Part shown: piece by piece, positions 57,288-64,000 of the stretch | How the letters are laid out: every line of letters starts with the position of its first letter | Position numbering within the stretch: position 1 is the first letter of the stretch | From: an uncultured Aquimarina sp. | GTDB taxonomy: Bacteria; Bacteroidota; Bacteroidia; Flavobacteriales; Flavobacteriaceae | DNA length: 64,000 bases | Assembly: GCA_947496705.1 (NCBI GenBank) | Contig: CANMDW010000003.1 | Location: forward strand, 217,622-281,621 | Direction of reading: 5' to 3' | Made by a program: the position numbers and the translations under genes | The notes under the pieces: model-generated | The model's input: only the letters and a program-made list of their open reading frames with translations | Told to the model about the DNA's origin: nothing | Database searches by the model: none

Positions 57288-58427
57288 TCAAAAAATACGC
57301 TTCCAAAACATTTTCAAGAATTTTCTTGCAGGCATGTTGCGCATGATGGCTACCTCTTCAGGAAAAGAGGTCTCTTCATCCAGAAACTTTAAGATCTTTT
57401 GCGGATTATTTTTTTTGAATAGTCTGGAAAAAAGCACAGCTCCGTTTTCGTTCTCTTCATATAACAAATCCAAAAACAACAGATCATACCACCAATATTT
57501 GGTTCTTTTTTCAAACTTCGATAGATTGTGTGTGTTTTTAAGGAATGCTACCAGCTTTGTTATTTTTCTATCGGCATTATTAAAAGTATAGCCGGTGCTG
57601 GGTTTGGTCCACCCCCCTGCGGTACCCATATGCAATACATTTTTGGTGTTTTGCTTATAAAACGGATAGCAGGTCATAGGGATATTCCCTCTTTCTTTTT
57701 CGGTAATCTTATACTCAGAAATACCAGCATTCTTCAGATAACGCTTAATCTCATCTTCATATTCCTGTTGGGGTAACAAATCTTCAGAAAACAAGGTATA
57801 TTCCAGTAATGCTTTAGTTGTTGAAATGGGCAGCACATACATAAAACGCGTATTTCCTTTTTGCGCCACGGTAAAATCCATAAAGGTGGCTGTGGTATCG
57901 TCAAAACAAGGGGCTTTCGTTTTTACAAACCAACCCACAAAATGCTGATTCAATACCGGATAACGTTCTTGATCATTATGTGCTTCAGAGAGTAATATGC
58001 TATTAAAAACCTTATCTCCCAGGTATATTTGCGTGTTGGTCTCTACTTCAACAATACTGCCTTCATCATTTAATGAAATAACTTCTTGCTGTGCAAAAGA
58101 GATATTCTCTTTTTTTTCTAAAACCGCAAATACAAACCGATAAAAATCCTGACTTCGAATTAATTTATAATTATATGGCGAGATATTCATTGTTTTTGAA
58201 AATTCCTCGCTTCCAAAATATATAGATTCCCATTTTTTGCTTACGAGTTTGTTCCATGTTCCATTCTTTTGTTCCCAAAAGCACCAGGTACGGTCATTAT
58301 TTTGTTTTTGTTCTTTATCGATCAATAAAATCTTTTTGCTGTCAAAAAAAGGATCTATAGCCATATAGTATGCTAACATCAAGCCTGAAGCTCCTGTGCC
58401 TGTGATGATGTAGTCGTACTTTTGCAT
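57288..58427 (-). CDS. crtY: Lycopene cyclase family flavoprotein
   Basis: YDYIITGTGASGL FAD-binding start, NDRTWCFW, QHFVGW, FMDF, RFMYVLP, E.G.IPM, GTAGGWTKPSTGYTF; ATG 58427 preferred over the track start at 58817. Confidence 0.85.
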   Translation of the reverse strand: MQKYDYIITGTGASGLMLAYYMAIDPFFDSKKILLIDKEQKQNNDRTWCFWEQKNGTWNKLVSKKWESIYFGSEEFSKTMNISPYNYKLIRSQDFYRFVFAVLEKKENISFAQQEVISLNDEGSIVEVETNTQIYLGDKVFNSILLSEAHNDQERYPVLNQHFVGWFVKTKAPCFDDTTATFMDFTVAQKGNTRFMYVLPISTTKALLEYTLFSEDLLPQQEYEDEIKRYLKNAGISEYKITEKERGNIPMTCYPFYKQNTKNVLHMGTAGGWTKPSTGYTFNNADRKITKLVAFLKNTHNLSKFEKRTKYWWYDLLFLDLLYEENENGAVLFSRLFKKNNPQKILKFLDEETSFPEEVAIMRNMPARKFLKMFWKRIF

Positions 58428-58512
58428 AGGTCCTTTGATCAAAAATATAGAACTCTGGCAATATGCATATATTATTAAGTATTTACATCGCTTTTTATAT
58501 ATCTTTAACATC

Positions 58513-58935
58513 ATGAAACGAATAAAATATCTATTCATTATTGTGATATATTTTTCTGCGCTGAGCTGTGCTCCTGCAAAGAATTCGACGCAAACAGGTA
58601 TTCCAAAAATCATTAAACTCAAACTTGGTGATACTGCTGATTTTGGTTCAAAAAGCATCCGCTTTATTCGGGTAACTGAAGATTCTAGATGCCCATTGGA
58701 TGTAACATGTATATGGGCCGGAGAGGCGAAAGTGATCATTGTATTGTATAAAGATGATGTGATCATCGAAGAAAAAGAACTTGTTTTTGGGTCTAAAAAT
58801 ATAAATCCCGACAACATGCAAACCTTAATAATATTTAATGAAAAAACCGTATTTGCTCATAACATAGGCCCATACCCCGCCTCAGAAAAGCCCATAGACG
58901 CAAAGCAGTATTATTTGGAATTCATGATCAAATAA
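58513..58935 (+). CDS. Hypothetical lipoprotein
   Basis: MKRIKYLFIIVIYFSALSC lipobox; DSRCP.DV.CIWAGEA motif. Confidence 0.75.
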   Translation: MKRIKYLFIIVIYFSALSCAPAKNSTQTGIPKIIKLKLGDTADFGSKSIRFIRVTEDSRCPLDVTCIWAGEAKVIIVLYKDDVIIEEKELVFGSKNINPDNMQTLIIFNEKTVFAHNIGPYPASEKPIDAKQYYLEFMIK

Positions 58936-59094
58936 CTCCCAGAATTTACTTCCTTTGCCAAATGTTTTCATCTATTTATAAATTTTTATGTGTTACTAAC
59001 AAGTACATAAAAATTTATTGCATAGATCAACCGCTACGCTTTCGCATAAAAAAATTAATCATTTCGGTTGACATGCAAAAAATTAATTTTGTTT

Positions 59095-60024
59095 ATGCTC
59101 ATTTCAAACACCGCAAAAGCTCATCTTGCCTTACTGAGTGTTAATATGCTCTATGGCGCAAATTATCTTATTGCCAAAGGGTTGATGCCTCATAAGATTG
59201 AAGCTTCTGCATTGGTGTTTCTTAGAATAAGTGGTGCTGGTCTTTTGTTTTTATTCCTTAAATACTTTATAAAGGAAAAGGTCGAAAAAAAAGATCTGCC
59301 TCGTCTGGCGCTTTGTGGTTTTTTGGGTATTGCAGCCAATCAATTCTTTTCTATGAACGGGCTGAGCCTTACTTCTCCTGTTGATGCTGCTATTATTGTA
59401 ACTGCCATGCCTATTTTTACTATCATTATAAGTTATTTCATACTGAAAGAACCTTTGACCTTTCAGCGTATTTTGGGCATAGTCCTTGGAGGAACCGGTG
59501 CTGTTTTTTTGATTTATCTGGGAAATTCGGGATTTGGTACAAGTTCCTTAACCGGAAACATTTTTATTGGTTGTAATGCTTTAGTCTTTTCATTTTACCT
59601 GGTGATTGTTAAACCATTGATGTCTAAATATAAGCCTATTACCGTTATTGGGTGGACGTTTATGTTTGCATTTATCTTTATGTTTCCCGTTTGCTTAGGG
59701 CCTTTGCTAAAGACCGACTTTACTTCTTTTACAACTTCTAATTGGATTTCACTGGTATATGTAGTGGTCGGGCCTACATTTTTGGCGTATTTATTAAATA
59801 TGTTTGCCTTACAGTTTGTAAAACCAACTGTTTCGAGCAGTTATATCTATGTACAACCTGCAGTAGCTATGTTACTGGTAGTCGTCGTTTCATATGTAGT
59901 AGTTAATAGTCAATACCAGGATGATATCACGGCAAGTAAGCTTTTATGTTGTGTATTAATTTTTGCAGGAGTCTATTTGATTAGTAGCAGGCCCTTGCAG
60001 TGGTTAAAAAGATGGATTGCTTAA
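59095..60024 (+). CDS. DMT/EamA family transporter
   Basis: About 10 hydrophobic helices in two repeats; start uncertain (TTG 59068 or ATG 59095). Confidence 0.88.
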   Translation: MLISNTAKAHLALLSVNMLYGANYLIAKGLMPHKIEASALVFLRISGAGLLFLFLKYFIKEKVEKKDLPRLALCGFLGIAANQFFSMNGLSLTSPVDAAIIVTAMPIFTIIISYFILKEPLTFQRILGIVLGGTGAVFLIYLGNSGFGTSSLTGNIFIGCNALVFSFYLVIVKPLMSKYKPITVIGWTFMFAFIFMFPVCLGPLLKTDFTSFTTSNWISLVYVVVGPTFLAYLLNMFALQFVKPTVSSSYIYVQPAVAMLLVVVVSYVVVNSQYQDDITASKLLCCVLIFAGVYLISSRPLQWLKRWIA

Positions 60025-60176
60025 TGGCATCCGCAACCAGAATCACCACAACCAGAATCTGATGATTTTTTCTTTGAAGATGCAAACGAGGGTTTCCAAA
60101 AGAATTTTCTAATCAAAAACCCCATGGCAGCTGCAAAAACCAGCAATACTAATATATTTTGTATAAGAATATTCAT
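60021..60176 (-). CDS. FeoB-associated Cys-rich membrane protein (51 aa)
   Basis: Missed by the ORF track; MNILIQNILVLLVFAAAMGFLIRKFFW...GCGDSGCGCH directly after feoB. Confidence 0.85.
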   Translation of the reverse strand: MNILIQNILVLLVFAAAMGFLIRKFFWKPSFASSKKKSSDSGCGDSGCGCH

Positions 60177-60214
60177 ATTTGATCTGTCGTATAAAGATAC
60201 TAAAACTTAATTTT

Positions 60215-62311
60215 TTATTTTAAAATTTGGTATACAATTAATGCAACACTGTATGCCAAAGCACTCATAAATACCAATTGAGCCATTGGCCATTTCCAGC
60301 CGTTGGTTTCGCGCTTTACAATCGCCAGGGTACTCATACACTGCATCGCAAAAGCATAGAACAATAGTAAAGAAATTCCGCTGGCAAGATTAAACAAAGG
60401 TTCTCCTGTAACTGGGTTCACCTCTGCTTCCATTCTTTTTTTTATGGTTTCTTCTTCATCACTTCCCACACTGTAAATCGTAGCCAGTGTGCCTACAAAA
60501 ACTTCCCTGGCGGCAAAAGAGCTAATGATACCAATACCAATTTTCCAATCATACCCCAATGGCGCAACTGCCGGTTCTATTGCTTTACCAGCATACCCTA
60601 TAAAGGAATATTCTAACTTATGAGACGCTATCTTTTGATCTAATTCTTCTTGTGAAAGCTCTGTATAGGTTGCGCTCACAATTTCTTCAGCATTATTAAA
60701 ATTTTCATTGGGCCCGAAACTCGCCAGCACCCAAAGAATAATTGAAATGGCTAAAATTATTTTTCCGGCACCAAAAACAAAAGCTTTAGTTTTTTCGATC
60801 ACATTAATGGCCACATTTTTAAACAACGGTAGTTTATATCCCGGCATTTCGATAACAAAGTAGGATTTACTTTTGATTTTCAATATTTTATTAAGTAGCC
60901 ATGCAGATCCCACTGCAGTGGCAAAGCCAAGAAAATACAAAAACATTAAGGTAAGGCTTTGATACCCGAATATCCAACCTATTTTTTTATCCGGAATAAC
61001 CAATGCAATGATAATAAGATATACCGGTAATCTTGCCGAACAGGTGGTAAAGGGAACAACGAGAATAGTGATCAATCTTTCTTTCCAGTTTTCGATATTA
61101 CGTGTGGCCATTACCGCAGGAATTGCACAAGCTGTTCCTGAAACCAGAGGCACCACACTTTTACCACTCAAACCAAATCGCCGCATTACCCTATCCATTA
61201 AAAAAACCACACGGCTCATATAACCACTCTCCTCGAGAATAGAAATAAAAAGGAATAGAAAAGCGATCTGGGGGATAAAAATCACAATGCCTCCCAACCC
61301 GGGAATGATCCCTTCTGTGATCAAATCTACAAATGGACCCGAAGGCAATGCCGATTTTGTAGCCTCACTTAACCTGGCAAAAGCTTCATCAATCAAATCC
61401 ATAGGATACGATGACCAGTCATAAATCGCCTGAAAGATTAACAAGAGTATTGCAAAGAAGATAAAATATCCCCAAAATTTATGGGTAAGAACCCTATCCA
61501 GCCTGGCACGCATTCCTGTGGCAGCCTTTTCGTCGATAGTAAGACCTCTCTTCAGTACATCATTAATGAATTGATACCGTTTAATGGTCTCCTTTTGCTG
61601 AAAGCGTTTGAGTTCACTCTCTGATTTAATTTTAAAATCGGGAGCAATAGCAACATCTTGTTTATCAATTTTTCTGAAATTTACATCCTGGGTGATCACC
61701 AACCAGAGTTTATATAACGATTCATTAGGAAATGCCTTTTGCAACCTGTCAAAATACTCGGGAGCAAATGATAATGCATTTATGCAAGGTGATTTTGGTA
61801 ATAAGGTATGGGATGCTATTAATCCCTTGAGTTCATCTATGCCTTCGCCTTTGCGGGCACTTATCAGTGCGATTCTGGTATTGAGTTCTTTTTCGAGTAA
61901 AGGAATATCTAACGAAATACCCTTTCTATTCATGCGATCTGCCATATTGATCACCAAAATTGTAGGGATTTCCAGGTCTTTGATCTGAGTAAACAATAAT
62001 AAATTTCTCTTCAGATTTTCTACATCACTTACCACAACTGCAACATCAGGAAAATCTTTGTCTTTTTTATTGAGGAGTAGCTCTATAACCAGGTTCTCAT
62101 CCAGAGAAGAAGCATTAAGGCTATAGGTTCCCGGCAAATCCAGAATATGTGCTTTCACACCACGAGACAATTTGCAAATCCCTTCTTTTTTTTCTACAGT
62201 GATCCCCGGATAATTTCCAACCTGTTGATTGAGCCCCGTGAGCAAATTAAATACAGAAGTCTTTCCTGTATTTGGGTTTCCGATAAGTGAAACTTTAATT
62301 TGCTTGGCCAT
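60215..62311 (-). CDS. feoB: Ferrous iron transporter B
   Basis: GNPNTGKT, GNYPGITVE, DLPGTYSL, NMAD, CSARLPVY multi-TM region. Confidence 0.97.
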   Translation of the reverse strand: MAKQIKVSLIGNPNTGKTSVFNLLTGLNQQVGNYPGITVEKKEGICKLSRGVKAHILDLPGTYSLNASSLDENLVIELLLNKKDKDFPDVAVVVSDVENLKRNLLLFTQIKDLEIPTILVINMADRMNRKGISLDIPLLEKELNTRIALISARKGEGIDELKGLIASHTLLPKSPCINALSFAPEYFDRLQKAFPNESLYKLWLVITQDVNFRKIDKQDVAIAPDFKIKSESELKRFQQKETIKRYQFINDVLKRGLTIDEKAATGMRARLDRVLTHKFWGYFIFFAILLLIFQAIYDWSSYPMDLIDEAFARLSEATKSALPSGPFVDLITEGIIPGLGGIVIFIPQIAFLFLFISILEESGYMSRVVFLMDRVMRRFGLSGKSVVPLVSGTACAIPAVMATRNIENWKERLITILVVPFTTCSARLPVYLIIIALVIPDKKIGWIFGYQSLTLMFLYFLGFATAVGSAWLLNKILKIKSKSYFVIEMPGYKLPLFKNVAINVIEKTKAFVFGAGKIILAISIILWVLASFGPNENFNNAEEIVSATYTELSQEELDQKIASHKLEYSFIGYAGKAIEPAVAPLGYDWKIGIGIISSFAAREVFVGTLATIYSVGSDEEETIKKRMEAEVNPVTGEPLFNLASGISLLLFYAFAMQCMSTLAIVKRETNGWKWPMAQLVFMSALAYSVALIVYQILK

Positions 62312-62325
62312 ACAAAGAATTGCTG

Positions 62326-62553
62326 TTAAATAATCTCGACTTCAATTTGTGCGGCAATTTCTTTACGGATCGCGAGATGACTACCATTTATAGTAAGATA
62401 CATGGGACACTGAAAAGGAGCAGTCTGTAATAATTGCACTTCATTTCCCGGCAAACACCCCATTTCTAATAATTTAAGTGGAATGATATCTGAGGTGATT
62501 TCCTTAATCAACGCTCGTTGACCTCTTTTAAGGGTGGCAATTGTAGTCTTCAA
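62326..62553 (-). CDS. feoA: Ferrous iron transport protein A
   Basis: KLLEMGCLPG...AP..CP...LAIRKE.A..IEV; upstream of feoB. Confidence 0.92.
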   Translation of the reverse strand: MKTTIATLKRGQRALIKEITSDIIPLKLLEMGCLPGNEVQLLQTAPFQCPMYLTINGSHLAIRKEIAAQIEVEII

Positions 62554-62869
62554 ATTTTATTTAGATTAATTTTAAACAAGGCAAAAGTACTAGAAAAAAT
62601 CGTACTGGAAAAGCTAAATCACCAAAGAAAATCTATTGCTTTCATAAATCCTTCCTAAAAAAGCTTTTCAGATATACAAAACCCGGGACATAGCTCTTTC
62701 ATAAGGAGGGGGTATTCACCCCATTATTTGTCCGATATCTTGGATTCTCCAAGATTCCGGACATTCCCATCTTTGACAACATTTAATTTTGCTCGCAATG
62801 ATTACATATTTGGGCGGAAACCGAAAAGCCTTAAACAGAGTAGGTACAACTCATAAAACCATACAAATC

Positions 62870-64000
62870 ATGTATTATGTAAAAATTAGTTTTTGTCTCA
62901 TTTTAATGTCTTTTTTTTTAATCTCATGCGAAAAAACAGAAAACAACCAATTAGCACCCAATATCTCTGAAGAGCGTTTTCAAAATAATGAGAATGAAGC
63001 CATTGTAACTTTGAATAACGGAAACAAAGTGTATTTTAAGCGTATCGATGATGGTGAATTAAAAGGAACTTTTTTACTCGAGGAGAGCAATTGCAAAGGA
63101 TGCTCTGCACTCACAGCCCTTACCGAGATGACCGATAAAGAAATTTCTGAAGAAGAAATCTTTTGGGCCTTATCTGCTGCCGGTACTCCTGTCCCATCTT
63201 TTCTGGAAACACAAAACAATAAAACCGTTGCGATACATGGCAATTTACAGGAACAAGGTTGGGGCCGGGAGCTTACGAAAAGTATTGTAATAACTGATGA
63301 AGCCGGAGTGGGTGATCTTGCCTGCAATAATAGTAGCTTTACCGGCTCTATTGCCGGAGGATTTTTGGGAAACCCTGAGTTTGTAGTGCTCGATAAAACA
63401 CCCAACAGTTATAACGGTTTTATCAATGATTGTGCTAGTCTTAGCCCTTCTGCCTGTAACAAAGGAACGAGATATAAATTGCATGCTACCATGAGCGGTA
63501 TCAACAAATGGAGAGGAAAGATTTGCAGCAAAGCCGTTCAAAACGGCACCAATGATCATTATATTTCCAATACTACAGGTGGTTTGTGTGGAAACCCGCC
63601 CTGTAGCGCCTATGTAGGTCCCGAGTTACATTTTGAGTATTATTCGAATGGAAAATGGAAGTCTATGAAAAATCCTTTAGCATCAGATCCCGAAGGTTTT
63701 GAAGTACCTGCAAATACCACAAAAGTGTATACCTATTCCTGGAACACAAATGCAAATACTTCTTTTCGATTACGGGTCAAAAATGCCATGGGTAAAGATC
63801 AATTTGATTTTATGATGGATAGAGAAGATGTTGTTATCGATGATGGTGGCGGTGATATACCCATAGATGCAACCCTCGATGATTTCCCTGAAACTCCAGA
63901 TTATATTGAAATATCGGGATCAGGTGAATCTTATCTTATTGTAGATTTCACTAATATGATCGACAGTAATCCTAAAATTACCATCCCCAAGTATTATTTA
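62870..64000 (+). CDS. Hypothetical Cys-containing lipoprotein (3' end beyond the right window edge)
   Basis: Not in the ORF track; hand-translated open frame from ATG 62870 to the edge: MYYVKISFCLILMSFFLISCEK (lipobox). Confidence 0.75.
   Translation, partial: MYYVKISFCLILMSFFLISCEKTENNQLAPNISEERFQNNENEAIVTLNNGNKVYFKRIDDGELKGTFLLEESNCKGCSALTALTEMTDKEISEEEIFWALSAAGTPVPSFLETQNNKTVAIHGNLQEQGWGRELTKSIVITDEAGVGDLACNNSSFTGSIAGGFLGNPEFVVLDKTPNSYNGFINDCASLSPSACNKGTRYKLHATMSGINKWRGKICSKAVQNGTNDHYISNTTGGLCGNPPCSAYVGPELHFEYYSNGKWKSMKNPLASDPEGFEVPANTTKVYTYSWNTNANTSFRLRVKNAMGKDQFDFMMDREDVVIDDGGGDIPIDATLDDFPETPDYIEISGSGESYLIVDFTNMIDSNPKITIPKYYL

Noticed and set aside
57288-58817. 509-aa version of the lycopene cyclase (also the long starts at 51149, 55176 and 58435)
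   Set aside because: The extension overlaps a real plus-strand lipoprotein and precedes the FAD-binding motif; downstream ATGs give family-typical N-termini.
1-64000. rRNA, tRNA or riboswitch genes
   Set aside because: No recognisable conserved RNA motifs; the GC-rich intergenic hairpins are explained by REP-like repeats. A covariance-model search was not possible.

Overview
AT-rich Bacteroidota DNA, most likely Flavobacteriaceae (inferred from gene content and repeat types). The centre (about 6.9-49.8 kb, all on the minus strand) is an extracellular contractile injection system (eCIS, Afp/PVC/AlgoCIS-like). It encodes a cap (DUF4255), a putative cap adaptor, one sheath, two tubes, a small Afp6-like gene, a LysM tube initiator, a VgrG-like spike, PAAR, gp25, two baseplate wedges, a tape measure protein and an AAA+ ATPase. 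No capsid, terminase or T6SS membrane-complex genes were seen. Unusual parts: (1) no tail-fibre gene, but a 2387-aa wedge with about 15 or more YegP/DUF1508-like repeats and a lysine-rich tail; (2) two Cys-rich coiled-coil genes between sheath and tube; (3) four cargo genes sharing duplicated N-terminal leaders - a Hint-released toxin, a two-warhead protein ending in a Doc kinase motif followed by an apparently two-module immunity protein, a Cys-rich toxin, and a leader fused straight to a cationic domain with no DUF4157; (4) an inserted cassette with a 21-bp phased array, an M15-like wall hydrolase, a vanadium haloperoxidase-family enzyme and an orphan ParA. The flanks hold an alpha-2-macroglobulin (cut by the left edge), an isoaspartyl peptidase, a TIR protein with paired GGA-N5-TCC boxes, a PAS-LuxR regulator, a radical SAM protein with the same boxes, lipid and carotenoid genes, feoAB and a lipoprotein cut by the right edge. 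Nested REP-like palindromes are common, and three copies sit in frame inside cargo genes. No rRNA, tRNA or CRISPR array was recognised. Family calls come from motif recognition by eye; no database searches were run.
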